Assembly: GCA_016234845.1 (NCBI GenBank)
Contig: JACRNP010000029.1
Location: 1-59,324 of the forward strand
DNA: 59,324 nt
Direction: 5' to 3'
From: Deltaproteobacteria bacterium
GTDB lineage: Bacteria > Desulfobacterota > Deferrimicrobia > Deferrimicrobiales > Deferrimicrobiaceae
A program made the translations under genes and the position numbers. The notes under the pieces were generated by a model that saw nothing but the letters and a program-made list of their open reading frames with translations, searched no databases and was not told where the DNA came from. The first letter of the stretch is position 1; every line of letters begins with the position of its first letter. Shown piece after piece: positions 43,766 to 53,707 of the stretch.

Positions 43766-46033
43766 TCAAGCCCCCCACATCCGCTCCGAGAAGTCCGATC
43801 CCGGCAGTTCAGCGGAAAACGTCCCGTACATGGGCCACCGCTCCCCAAGCGTCCCCTTCGGCTGGATCGTGATGAAGAACTCCAGCCGTTCGTCCTTCAC
43901 GCAGTCGATCAGCTCGAACGGAAACCCGATCTCCACGACTTTCGAATACGCCATCCGCACACCGAATTCGTGTTCGGCCTCCAGGACGGATGGACCCGGG
44001 TCCGCGTGGTGGGATCCGCCGAAACCGGAAAACGTGCACGAAGATGTTCCCTCCGGAAGATTCAGGTCGATTCGCATCTTCCGGTTCTTTTCGGGGAAAA
44101 GAAGCTCCAGGGTGACCTCGGTCGTGTTCTCCGTCGCCACCGGGTCGATGTCGAACCGAAAGAACAGTTCGGTCTTGCTGAAGCCGTAGAAGAACGAGGA
44201 AAGGATAAGGCGAGCGGCCCGGTGCATCGTGCCGAATTCGGGGTTCGGGATGTAATGGAAGGCAGAACTCCATTCGAAATAGGAAGTTACGATCCCGTCG
44301 ATGTTCGGATGGATGTAGGACATTGGCGCCGGTATGGCGTTTTTCCTGGACGGAATCCTTTCGGCTTTGATGATCGGAACATCCAGCATATCCGGTGGAT
44401 TAATGCCCATCGAATTATATGCGGCTTTAATGTTGTGGCGAAACAGGCGGTCGAATTCGGGACCGTGCGGAGTGAAATGGTCGTCCCCGTACCACCAGCA
44501 CCAGTCGGACCCTTCCGCCGCGAATATGTACTCCTCGGCCTCCTTCAGTTTTTCCGGCACCGCCTCTCCCGATTTTTCGAAGTTCCCCGCCTTCGATTCC
44601 CAGAGGGATCGAACCCGCGACAACATGTCCCAGGCGGCGTGGTCCTCGGGGTGCCCGATCCATATATGGAATGTCCCGTCGATCCAGGAGCCGGTAGGAA
44701 CCGACGGCAGCTCCTCGAACGTCCGGGTCTGTTCAAGCGCCTCGGAAACGGGCACGCATTCGACCACGGGACGGAGCTGCTCGAGTTTCGACATGAGCGT
44801 CCTCAGGAAGTAGACTCCGGAATCCGGAAAATATTCCCAGGCGTTTTCGCCGTCCAGGATCACGGGGACGATCGGATCGTCTCCGTAATATGTTGAATTG
44901 TTACTTGATAATGAATCGTATATGCACTTGATATTATGTACAAAATTATTTGCGGCATCGTCCGCGTTCCACCGGGAATACTCGAAGCCGATGAGGTCCG
45001 AAAGACGATGGTCGCGGAAGAGGATCCGGATATCGCCCGAAGGGGTTTTCACGGAGTACGGCCGGTACAGCCATCGGGGCTCCATGGGAATACCGTCGGA
45101 ATTCCGATGGATCGGTTTGCCGAGCGCCTTGGAAAGGAGCGCCTCGTCCGTTGCGATCCAGCGAAAACCCGCCTCGGAGGCGAGATCGAGGGTCGCGGGG
45201 CTGATGGACCCTTCCGACGGCCATAAACCTTTCGGATTCGCCCCGAACAGGTCGCGGAAGACGTCCCTCCCCCGCTCCAGCTGCCTTCGGGCGTCTCGCG
45301 GGAAGGAGAACGGCATCGAGGGGAGCGACGCGCCCGGCCACGCGTCCTGCGCGGACCGGTTGTCGATCAGCAGGGGGAGGATGGGATGGTACATCGGGGA
45401 CGACGAAAGCTCCCCGCCGTCCTCCTTCTCGAGTTTCCGGTACTCGTCGAACATGGCGCCCATCACGTCGATCTGGCGGTCGAGGACGTACTGCTTCTCT
45501 CTCTCCGTGTACCGACCGCCCTTTCGCCAGAGCCGGGATAGCTCTGGGTCCTCCTCGAGATGGAGCGGGTGGTACCAGGCCAGGTTGAACAGGGTGACGA
45601 GGTCGGTGTACTCCGAAGCGCCGAAGGTCCCCGAGCGGCCGTTTCCCCGGAGGGAGCGGATCGCGTTTTCATGTCCACGGAACAGCTCCGCGTACCGGGG
45701 CTGGGGGAGGATCATCGTCGGCGCGAACGCGGAAAAGAAGTTCCGGAGGATGAATTCCTCCTCGTCCCTCGAAAGGTCCAGGGCGTTTTTCCGGGAAACG
45801 GCGAGGAAGATGTCTTCCGCTCCGTTTTCGACGTAGTCCCGGACCTGGATCAGCAGGGAGGGGACCAGGTTGAACGTGTGCCGCACGCCCCGGAACTCGC
45901 GGAAGATCCGCGGGAGGGAGACGTAATCCTTGACCGCGTGGAGGCGCACCCATGGGAGGGTGTAGGTCCCGGTTTCCGGGTCCTTGTAGTACGGCTGGTG
46001 CATGTGCCAGAGAAAACAGAGTCTGAGCTTCAT
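43766..46033 (-). CDS. Glycoside hydrolase family 57 (amylopullulanase-like)
   Basis: WHMHQPYY, YHPILPLL, GLWPSEGS (nucleophile Glu), ILDGENAWE (acid/base Asp), AEGSDWCWW. Confidence 0.92.
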   Translation of the reverse strand: MKLRLCFLWHMHQPYYKDPETGTYTLPWVRLHAVKDYVSLPRIFREFRGVRHTFNLVPSLLIQVRDYVENGAEDIFLAVSRKNALDLSRDEEEFILRNFFSAFAPTMILPQPRYAELFRGHENAIRSLRGNGRSGTFGASEYTDLVTLFNLAWYHPLHLEEDPELSRLWRKGGRYTEREKQYVLDRQIDVMGAMFDEYRKLEKEDGGELSSSPMYHPILPLLIDNRSAQDAWPGASLPSMPFSFPRDARRQLERGRDVFRDLFGANPKGLWPSEGSISPATLDLASEAGFRWIATDEALLSKALGKPIHRNSDGIPMEPRWLYRPYSVKTPSGDIRILFRDHRLSDLIGFEYSRWNADDAANNFVHNIKCIYDSLSSNNSTYYGDDPIVPVILDGENAWEYFPDSGVYFLRTLMSKLEQLRPVVECVPVSEALEQTRTFEELPSVPTGSWIDGTFHIWIGHPEDHAAWDMLSRVRSLWESKAGNFEKSGEAVPEKLKEAEEYIFAAEGSDWCWWYGDDHFTPHGPEFDRLFRHNIKAAYNSMGINPPDMLDVPIIKAERIPSRKNAIPAPMSYIHPNIDGIVTSYFEWSSAFHYIPNPEFGTMHRAARLILSSFFYGFSKTELFFRFDIDPVATENTTEVTLELLFPEKNRKMRIDLNLPEGTSSCTFSGFGGSHHADPGPSVLEAEHEFGVRMAYSKVVEIGFPFELIDCVKDERLEFFITIQPKGTLGERWPMYGTFSAELPGSDFSERMWGA

Positions 46034-46066
46034 CTCGCCCCCCACCCTCCCCGATCGGGCGGCAGG

Positions 46067-46765
46067 CTATTCCAATTGCGCCAGCCTGAGCTCGACCAGG
46101 TCGCGGACCCTGGTCTCGGGCGAATCCTTCAGCAATTGGCGGTACAGCGCGATCGCGTCGGACTTCCTGCCCGAGAGCGCCAGCGTGCGGGCCTCCCCTA
46201 CCTGCGATTGCGCCTTCATCTCCGCGTCGGCGAATCCTTGCGCGGCGCGATACGCCGCCGCGGCGGCCGCGTAGTCGCCTTTCGCTTCGAGGGAGCGCGC
46301 GACTCCCTCCCGCAGGAGGTACTTCATGATCCCCTCGTCCTTCCCGGATTCCGAACCTGCCCGGAACTGCGACGCGGCAAGCCCGTAATTTCCGCGGTGG
46401 AATGCGATGCTTCCGAGATAGTACCGCGCGTAGACCGCCGCGCGTGTGGAAGGGTGCACGTTGACGTGCGCCGCCAGGAACTGCTCCAGCGCCGCCATCT
46501 TCTCCGGGTCCGCCTCCGCGGGGGAAAGCAGGAACTCCCGGGCACGGTTCAGGTGCGGCCAGAGTTCGCGGCTGGACTTGTTCTCCTCCCACTGGAGGTA
46601 CGCCTTCGTGCCGAGTCCGAGCGCCACGACCGCCGCGATCCCGAGGACCGCGGCGGTGACCTTCGCGCGGTTCTCCTTGCACCACTCGACCACACGTCCG
46701 AACGTGCTGATGAATTCGTCGGGACCCTTCAGGTCCTTTCGGGTATACCGGATCTTCTCCGCCAT
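46067..46765 (-). CDS. YfgM-like TPR membrane protein
   Basis: MAEKIRYTRKDLKGPDEF N-terminus, one TM helix, TPR-like repeats. Confidence 0.75.
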   Translation of the reverse strand: MAEKIRYTRKDLKGPDEFISTFGRVVEWCKENRAKVTAAVLGIAAVVALGLGTKAYLQWEENKSSRELWPHLNRAREFLLSPAEADPEKMAALEQFLAAHVNVHPSTRAAVYARYYLGSIAFHRGNYGLAASQFRAGSESGKDEGIMKYLLREGVARSLEAKGDYAAAAAAYRAAQGFADAEMKAQSQVGEARTLALSGRKSDAIALYRQLLKDSPETRVRDLVELRLAQLE

Positions 46766-46790
46766 GGTTCTTCCGCTCCTTGGGTTCCTG

Positions 46791-47432
46791 CTACCGGGCG
46801 AGGATTTCTCGTGCGTTATCCTGCATCCGGAGAGCTTCCGGCTCGGGAAGCCCCGCCCCCCGGATGATCCGAAGCGCCGCATCCCAACGGGTGAAATCGC
46901 CGGGAGCGTGCGCGTCGGTATTGTATACCATCCGGGCCCCCGTTTTCACCGCGATCCTTGCGACGTGGCCGTTGGTCAGACAGTGGCCCCGGCGGGCGGT
47001 GATCTCGAGGCACACGCCGTTCTTCCGGGCGAGCCGGGCCTCCTCTTCCGTCAGCAGGCCGGGATGCGCGAGGATATCCGCTTTCGCCTCGATGGCGGCG
47101 AGGTTGGTCCCCTTCGGCACCGGCTCGACGATCGTCTCTCCATGAACGATCACCACCTTCGCGCCCAGCTTCCGCGCGCGGGCCACCATGGACGCCACGA
47201 GTCGGGGGGGTACGTGCGTGATCTCGACGCCCGGGTACGCCGCGGCGCGCGTCGCGCCGCGGAGCTCACGACACACGCGGACCATGTTTTCGAGGATGAG
47301 CTCGAGGTTGGACGGGTCGGCGTGGTCCGTGATCGCGAGCGACCGGTATCCGGCGGCCACCGCGCGGGAAACGACCTCGGCGGGGATCAGCTCCCCGTCG
47401 CTGAACGTGGAGTGCATGTGCAGGTCGATCAA
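46791..47432 (-). CDS. PHP-domain phosphoesterase (histidinol-phosphate phosphatase-like)
   Basis: DLHMHSTFSDG, AITDHAD, GVEITH, HGET, LAHPG, NTDAH. Confidence 0.85.
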   Translation of the reverse strand: MIDLHMHSTFSDGELIPAEVVSRAVAAGYRSLAITDHADPSNLELILENMVRVCRELRGATRAAAYPGVEITHVPPRLVASMVARARKLGAKVVIVHGETIVEPVPKGTNLAAIEAKADILAHPGLLTEEEARLARKNGVCLEITARRGHCLTNGHVARIAVKTGARMVYNTDAHAPGDFTRWDAALRIIRGAGLPEPEALRMQDNAREILAR

Positions 47433-48985
47433 GCGGGTTCTCCTTCGAGGAATTGCCGGATGACCGAGGCGAGCGAATCGCGAATCTCTCCGGCGGTCAC
47501 CTGCTCCATCTCGCGGACCTTCAGCGAACAGCCGAGCCGCTCGACGCGGTTCCGGAACAGGCGCAGCGTGTTCTCCCCCAGGCCGAAATCGGAAAACGCC
47601 TTCCCCATGACGGCGAGCGCTACCTTGGAGGAGGTCCCCCGAATGAAGTCGGACACCGACATCAGGCTCTCGAGGGAGCCGGTCATCTCGTCCTTGAGGA
47701 ACACCACGATCCCGAGCGGCGCGGGGGCCAGCGTGTACCAGAGGGGGGATACGGAGCGCCGGTACGGGAAGGCGTACAGGAGGACCGGGCACTTCTCCCC
47801 GACCTTCAGTTTCCCGAAGATCCCGAGCGGGAACCCTTCCTTCCGGCGAAGGGAGAAGAAGACGTTGTCGATCTCGAAATCCCGGTATTTCCCGAGCGCC
47901 ATCACCAGCGATTCGAGCAGTCCCGGGTCGGGCAGGAAGAAGACGACCCTCCCGATCCCTCCTCCCGCGGCCGATCCGCGTTCTTCGAGCCTCGCGCGGA
48001 GACGCGCCAGGTCCTCCGTCGGGAGAAACTCGCTCTTCGAGGGGAGCGCGTCGAAGACCCCCACCTGGAGGACCCCGCGGCTCTTGAGCGACAGGATCGC
48101 CTCGTAGACCGCGAGATCGGGGAAGTTGCAATTGTTGACGATGTCCTCCACCCGCGAGCAGAATTCGGACAGCAGGAGCACCTCGCGGACCGCTCCTCCC
48201 GCGGCGGCGATCTCCTTCGCGTCCTTTACCACCGCGACGGCGTCGGTCGGCTGCGGAAGCGTGTGCCGGATCTTCTGCAGTTCGTCCTCGTGGCGGAGCC
48301 CCTCGAGGATCGCGTGCTGGCTCGGCGTGTAGATGGAGCGGCGGACGCCGACCTTCCCCGGAAGAAAGCGGAACTTCCCCTCCCGGAGCGGGATCATCCG
48401 GAAGAGCGCCTTCTCGCCGATGATGTTCTGGGTGGCGGCGGAGACGATTTCCCCCCGTTCGATGTAGATCGATCCCGCCAGGCGTTCTCCCTCCACCTGC
48501 AGGATGCCGCTCTTCCGGTTCAAGGAGAGCATCTGCCACAGGTCGGGGATGAAGATCTGGCTCAAGTTCCCGCTGATCTCGGAGTCCCCGGTCAGCGCTT
48601 CGGAGAGGGGGTCCTGGAAGAGGGTGCGCTGGATCCGCAGGAGGATCTCCTCCTCGTGGTACGGCTTCCGCAGGAATTCGTCCACTCCGGGGCGGAACCC
48701 CGAAACGCTCTGCTCGCGGTCGCTCAGGAAGAACACCGGCAGGTTCTTCGTGTTCGGATTGCTCCGGAGGATCTGCACGAGGCGGTCCGGGGCGAGGATC
48801 GGGACCGCGAGGTCCAGCAGGATCACGTCCGGCCTGCGCAGGAGGGTTTCCGCCAGCGCCTTGCTGCCGTCGGCCGCCTCGACGACCTCCAGTCCCTTTT
48901 CCCGCAGGAACAGCGCCAGCCCCTGGCGGGACTTGTCGGAAGGGTCCGCGATCAGGATCCGCTTGGCGGCGGTCGCCAGCGTCAT
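47429..48985 (-). CDS. Response regulator + DUF4388 + degenerate small-GTPase-like C-terminal domain
   Basis: REC domain (ILLD...FLRKP), GNLSQIFIPDLWQMLSLNRKSG.L DUF4388 pattern. Confidence 0.75.
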   Translation of the reverse strand: MTLATAAKRILIADPSDKSRQGLALFLREKGLEVVEAADGSKALAETLLRRPDVILLDLAVPILAPDRLVQILRSNPNTKNLPVFFLSDREQSVSGFRPGVDEFLRKPYHEEEILLRIQRTLFQDPLSEALTGDSEISGNLSQIFIPDLWQMLSLNRKSGILQVEGERLAGSIYIERGEIVSAATQNIIGEKALFRMIPLREGKFRFLPGKVGVRRSIYTPSQHAILEGLRHEDELQKIRHTLPQPTDAVAVVKDAKEIAAAGGAVREVLLLSEFCSRVEDIVNNCNFPDLAVYEAILSLKSRGVLQVGVFDALPSKSEFLPTEDLARLRARLEERGSAAGGGIGRVVFFLPDPGLLESLVMALGKYRDFEIDNVFFSLRRKEGFPLGIFGKLKVGEKCPVLLYAFPYRRSVSPLWYTLAPAPLGIVVFLKDEMTGSLESLMSVSDFIRGTSSKVALAVMGKAFSDFGLGENTLRLFRNRVERLGCSLKVREMEQVTAGEIRDSLASVIRQFLEGEPA

Positions 48986-50854
48986 CTAGAAATTCCCCTG
49001 CAGCAGGTACATTTCCTGCACCTTTTCCAGCATCGACTCGACGAGCCACTCGTCCGCGGTGTTGAAGCCTTCCACTTCCCCGCGCCGGTCGGTTCCGAAA
49101 AGTCCGTACGCGCCGCCCTCCTTCAGATACAGGATGACCTCCCGGTTCTTCAGGAGTTCGTCGTCGGCGGAAACGTACAGGAGATTCTTCGCGTCGAAGC
49201 GGGTGGCCCCCGACTGGCCGACGATGTAGATGTTCCGCCTGGCGGACCCCGCGGAGTCGAAGGAGAGGAAGATCTGCTTGTAGATCTCGGGGGTGGGACC
49301 GGCGGCGATCACGATCCCCCGGTCCTCCGGGCTGGTCGCGGCGTCCTGCGCCACCGATTCGAGGATCCGCAGGAAATTGTCCCGCGGGAAGCTGAAGTGG
49401 GCGTTCCGCCCCAGGTCCCTGCGCATCCGCAGGAAGTACGGGACATCCTCTCCTTTCCGGAGCGTCTCGTAATATTCCGGTTTCCCGACCAGGATTTCGA
49501 ACGCCTCCCAGAAGGAGCGGTCGGACAGCCGCATCCGGTGCAGCGGGCTCTTCTGCTGGCGGGCGAACTTCTCCTCCGCGACCCGCAGCAGCTCGTGGAA
49601 TTCCTTTCCGTCCCGCGGACAGGTCGCCGACATGAAGAAGGTCTGGAGGGAGAACTCCGCTCCGAGAAAATGGATCCGGCTCTTTTCCCGGACGGCCTTG
49701 CGCAGACGGCGAACGGCGAGCATCGAGCCGAACGCATCGGTCTCCGGCAGGACGATGCAAAAGCGGTTCGCATCCTGGCGGGCGACGAGATCGGAGTCGC
49801 GAACCGCCTTCCGCACCGCTTCGACCATCGCCGACAAGGCTCCGGCCACGATGCTCTCCCGGGTCTGTTCCATGAGGAAGGAGTAGTTCTCGACCACGAG
49901 AAACACGACCGAGAGGGGGCGGCGGAACCGGCTCGCCTTGTACCGCTCCTTCTCGAAGTAGTCCTCCAGGAACACCGCCGAGTACGCGCCCGTCTCCGGG
50001 TCGCGCAGGGAGATCTTCTCCATCCGCTCGAGCCGGTCGATGGTGTTCAGGGCGCCCGCCGCGTAATCCGCGATGATCCGCGCCATGTGGATCTCCCGCT
50101 CGCCGTACTCCCTCCGATCCTTCCGGTCCCCCAGTTTCACGAGGCCGATCGGCTTCTCCTGGTGGACGAGCGGCACGTACAGGTGGGAGCCTGCGCGGCC
50201 GGAAGCGGTTCCCTTCCCTTCGGGTGCCCCGACCTGGACCACGAAGGGAGATCCTTTCCAGACCGATTCGGCGATTTCCGACTGGGACAGGAAGAAGCGG
50301 GAACCTTCCCGGTCGATCCCGATGACTCCCCGCACCGAGGCGATCATCATCTCGTCCGGATCCTCGGCGGCGGTCAGCCAGATGACGCAGTTCTCCGCGC
50401 CGAGCTCCCCCGCGAAGGTGTCCGTGATGTGCGCCAGAAGCTTCTCCTCGTCCTGGGAAGACATCATGCGGAGGCATTGCTGGTACATCGACGCCATCGA
50501 GTAGTATTCGAGGCTCTCGGAAAGCAGACGGTCCGCCACCGAACCTTCCGGGCCCTCGTGGGAGGGGGATCCCCAGATGACCCACCGCGCGATTTCGTGG
50601 ATGGGGGGGTCTCCCCGGTACAGGAAGACCGGACCGCCGGTCAGGCGCGGGTCGGTCAGCCCCCCGATCCGTCCGGGACGCGCGCCGTCGGCCGGCGCGG
50701 CGACCGCCGCGTACGGGGCGTGATCGAACTTCCCTTCGACCAGCCACGCCGGGGGACGGTACTCGAAACGCACCTCGTGGTCGAGAACGGAAAAGCGGAG
50801 CTCCCGATCGGGGGCGGCGTCCTCCTGCAGGACCAGGATCCGGGATGACTTCAT
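48986..50854 (-). CDS. GAF + degenerate GGDEF protein (I-site intact)
   Basis: GAF-like segment, RDPETGAYS, RDSDLVARQDANRF in place of RxxDxxxRYGGEEF. Confidence 0.75.
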   Translation of the reverse strand: MKSSRILVLQEDAAPDRELRFSVLDHEVRFEYRPPAWLVEGKFDHAPYAAVAAPADGARPGRIGGLTDPRLTGGPVFLYRGDPPIHEIARWVIWGSPSHEGPEGSVADRLLSESLEYYSMASMYQQCLRMMSSQDEEKLLAHITDTFAGELGAENCVIWLTAAEDPDEMMIASVRGVIGIDREGSRFFLSQSEIAESVWKGSPFVVQVGAPEGKGTASGRAGSHLYVPLVHQEKPIGLVKLGDRKDRREYGEREIHMARIIADYAAGALNTIDRLERMEKISLRDPETGAYSAVFLEDYFEKERYKASRFRRPLSVVFLVVENYSFLMEQTRESIVAGALSAMVEAVRKAVRDSDLVARQDANRFCIVLPETDAFGSMLAVRRLRKAVREKSRIHFLGAEFSLQTFFMSATCPRDGKEFHELLRVAEEKFARQQKSPLHRMRLSDRSFWEAFEILVGKPEYYETLRKGEDVPYFLRMRRDLGRNAHFSFPRDNFLRILESVAQDAATSPEDRGIVIAAGPTPEIYKQIFLSFDSAGSARRNIYIVGQSGATRFDAKNLLYVSADDELLKNREVILYLKEGGAYGLFGTDRRGEVEGFNTADEWLVESMLEKVQEMYLLQGNF

Positions 50855-50867
50855 CCGTCCCGCCGTC

Positions 50868-51356
50868 CTACATCTTGTACTTGCTGAACTGCTCGGGGTC
50901 CATCTTCTCGAGCAGTTCCGTCCACTTGTCCTTCTCTCCCTCCGCCGCCTCCCCTTCGTCCATCGACAGCGCCTTCGAGAACACCTCTTCCGAGACGACG
51001 ATCGGTACCTCGCACCGCAGCGCGAGGGCGATCGCGTCGCTGGGACGGGAGTCCAGCACGAAGGCTCCTCCACCCCTCTCGAGGTGGAGGGCCGCGAAGT
51101 AGGTGTTGTCCCGGATGTCGGTGATCTCGACCTTCCGGAGCTTCGTGCCCGTGTTTTCGAGGATCGACTTGAGGAGGTCGTGCGTCATCGGACGCGGAAG
51201 GTCAACCCCCTCGAGGACCAGGACGATCGCATTCGCCTCCAGGAGCCCGATCCAGATCGGAAGGACCCGCTGGTTCTGCCGGTCCCGCAATACGACGACG
51301 GGCGATTTCGTCACGGGATCGACCGTCACGCCGGCCACCGTCATCTCCTTCGGCAT
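50868..51356 (-). CDS. Bifunctional nuclease family protein (DUF151)
   Basis: LPIWIGLLEANAI, PRPMTHDL, DSRPSDAIALA. Confidence 0.92.
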   Translation of the reverse strand: MPKEMTVAGVTVDPVTKSPVVVLRDRQNQRVLPIWIGLLEANAIVLVLEGVDLPRPMTHDLLKSILENTGTKLRKVEITDIRDNTYFAALHLERGGGAFVLDSRPSDAIALALRCEVPIVVSEEVFSKALSMDEGEAAEGEKDKWTELLEKMDPEQFSKYKM

Positions 51357-51360
51357 CCCG

Positions 51361-52668
51361 CTACCTCTCCTCTCCGGAAAGGGTGTGCGCCGCGGAGGCG
51401 GAAACGAACACCTCGCGGATCGGACCGTTCCCGGTTCCCGGGGTGAAATTCACCATCTTGTGGCACGGGGTCCGGCCGCACAGCCGCCCGGGATCCCTCG
51501 CGCTCTCTCCTTCGACGAGGACGGGATACGTCCGTCCGACCGCATCCGCGAGGCGGTCCCGCGTGTGCCCGTCCTGCAGGGCCTGGAGGATCCGAAGCCT
51601 CTCTGCGCTTTCGGACGGATCCACCCCTCCCGTCATTTCGGCGGCCCTTGTGCCGGGTCTGGGGGAGAAGCGGAAGGAGAACGACGAGTCGTACCGGACC
51701 TCCTCCATGACGGACAAGGTGTCCCGGAAATCCGCTTCCGTCTCCCCCGGGAATCCGACGATGAAGTCCGAGGAGTACGCCATGCCGGGTCGCGCGGTGC
51801 GCAGCGCGGCGATCTTCCGGAGGTACTCTCCCCGGGTGTATCCCCGTCCCATCGCGGAAAGAATGCGGTCGGACCCCGACTGGAGCGGAAGGTGGATATG
51901 CGGGCAGACGGTTTCGGTCTCCCCGATGAGCCCGATGGTCCGGTCGTCGAGGTCCCGGGGATGGGAAGTGATGAAACGGACGCGGAGGATCCCCTCCACC
52001 CGCGCGATCCGGCGCAACAGTTCGAAAAAAGGGATCTCCCCTTCCTTCTTTCCGTACGAGTTCACGTTCTGCCCGAGAAGAACGATCTCCCGGACGCCTT
52101 TTTCGGCGAGCGCGCGGATCTCGGAGAGGATGGAGGAGGAGGCGCGGCTGACTTCCGGACCGCGGACGACCGGGACGATGCAGTAGGCGCAGAAGTTTTC
52201 GCACCCCTGCATGATGGCCACCATGGCGGAAACGGCGCCGTCCGCAAGGTACGGCGAGACGTCCCAATGCCCGACGTCCCCGTCCATCGAGAGCATGACG
52301 GACGGGAGGCGGTCCTCCGCCCGCCGAACCATCTCCGGGAGCCGGGAGATGTTGTGCGTCCCGAAGACGAGGTCGACGTGGGGCGCCTTTCCGCGCAACG
52401 TTTCGCCGGCCTGCTGCGCCAGGCACCCTCCGACACCGACGAGCCGCCCCGAGCGGCCCCTCTTCCAGCGGCGGAGCGTGCCGAGCTCGCTGTAGATCTT
52501 CCGGTCGGCCTTGTCGCGGATGCTGCAGGTGTTGAGAAGAACGAGGTCGGCCTCCTCGAGCGAGGAGGCGGGAGCGTAGCCGGCTCCGGACAGGAGCGAT
52601 AGCATCCTCGCGGAGTCCACCGCGTTCATCTGGCAGCCGAACGTCTTGATGTAGACGGTGCGCCGCAT
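51361..52668 (-). CDS. miaB: tRNA i6A37 methylthiotransferase
   Basis: TFGCQMNAVDS, LNTCSIRDKA, QGCENFCAYC, LLGQNVNSYG, HLPLQSGS, TRAM domain. Confidence 0.94.
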   Translation of the reverse strand: MRRTVYIKTFGCQMNAVDSARMLSLLSGAGYAPASSLEEADLVLLNTCSIRDKADRKIYSELGTLRRWKRGRSGRLVGVGGCLAQQAGETLRGKAPHVDLVFGTHNISRLPEMVRRAEDRLPSVMLSMDGDVGHWDVSPYLADGAVSAMVAIMQGCENFCAYCIVPVVRGPEVSRASSSILSEIRALAEKGVREIVLLGQNVNSYGKKEGEIPFFELLRRIARVEGILRVRFITSHPRDLDDRTIGLIGETETVCPHIHLPLQSGSDRILSAMGRGYTRGEYLRKIAALRTARPGMAYSSDFIVGFPGETEADFRDTLSVMEEVRYDSSFSFRFSPRPGTRAAEMTGGVDPSESAERLRILQALQDGHTRDRLADAVGRTYPVLVEGESARDPGRLCGRTPCHKMVNFTPGTGNGPIREVFVSASAAHTLSGEER

Positions 52669-52676
52669 GACCCCAC

Positions 52677-52704
52677 ATTATACCCCGGGGGAGGCGTCCG
52701 TCAC
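52677..52704 (-). promoter_or_regulatory. Promoter for miaB, possibly leaderless
   Basis: GTGACG-N16-TATAAT on the minus strand, ending 8 nt before the ATG. Confidence 0.5.
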
Positions 52705-53705
52705 CGGCTCCGTTTCTTCGCCTTCCTTCCCGCGGGGGACGGTTTGCCGTTCAGGAAGTGGAACGCGAAGCTGTGGTCCACGACCTTTTCCGAGATGGTG
52801 TACGGGTCGGTCCGCTTCATCGCCATCCGGGAGAGGAGCGGCTCGAGAAGCCCATGGCGGTCGAGATCGGAGACCGCCTTCTCGATCAGGCGCGTCTTCA
52901 GGATCTCGAGGAGCTCGACGCGGGCCTTTTCCCGGAGGTATTTCGACAGGACCGGGTCCTGGTGGACGTACCCGCTGTGCCGTTCGACCTCTTCCATCAG
53001 GGCGGCGGTCCCCGTGTCGGTGGCGGCCACCGTGGAGACGACCGGGGGTCTCCACTCCCCGTCGGCGTACGTCCCCATCGAGACCATCGTCTCGATCTCC
53101 CGGCGGGTCTTGTCCGCCCCGTCGCGGTCGGACTTGTTCACGACGAAGATGTCGGCGATCTCCAGTATGCCGGCCTTGATCGCCTGGATGTCGTCGCCCA
53201 GTCCCGGCACCACGACCACCAGGTTCGTGTGGGCGACCTTGACGATTTCGACCTCGTCCTGCCCCACTCCCACCGTCTCGATGAGGATGACGTCCTTCCC
53301 CATGGCGTCCATGACGTTCACGATGTCGATGGTGGAGCGGGACAGCCCCCCGAGGTGACCGCGGGTGGCCAGGCTCTTGATGAAGACCCCCTCGTCGAGG
53401 GCGTGGGACTGCATCCGGATCCGGTCGCCGAGGATGGCGCCGCCGGTGAACGGACTGGTGGGGTCGATCGCGACGATGCCGACCGTCCTGCCGCCGCTCC
53501 GCAGCATCGCGGTCATCCGGTTGACCAGGGTCGATTTCCCGGAGCCCGGAGCCCCGGTGATGCCGACGATGTAGGCGCGCCCGGTGTGGCGGTACAGCGT
53601 CTTGAGGGTCCGGATGGCGGAAGGGAGCTCGTCGTCCAGGTCGCGCATCAGCCGCGCGGCGGCCCGGACGTCCCCTGAGAGGATCTCTCTGGGGGCGACG
53701 GACAT
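52701..53705 (-). CDS. meaB: Acyl-CoA mutase-associated G-protein chaperone
   Basis: GITGAPGSGKST, AIDPTSPFTGGAILGDRIRM, ETVGVGQDE, DDIQAIKAGILEIAD, VNKSD. Confidence 0.93.
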   Translation of the reverse strand: MSVAPREILSGDVRAAARLMRDLDDELPSAIRTLKTLYRHTGRAYIVGITGAPGSGKSTLVNRMTAMLRSGGRTVGIVAIDPTSPFTGGAILGDRIRMQSHALDEGVFIKSLATRGHLGGLSRSTIDIVNVMDAMGKDVILIETVGVGQDEVEIVKVAHTNLVVVVPGLGDDIQAIKAGILEIADIFVVNKSDRDGADKTRREIETMVSMGTYADGEWRPPVVSTVAATDTGTAALMEEVERHSGYVHQDPVLSKYLREKARVELLEILKTRLIEKAVSDLDRHGLLEPLLSRMAMKRTDPYTISEKVVDHSFAFHFLNGKPSPAGRKAKKRSR

Positions 53706-53707
53706 TC

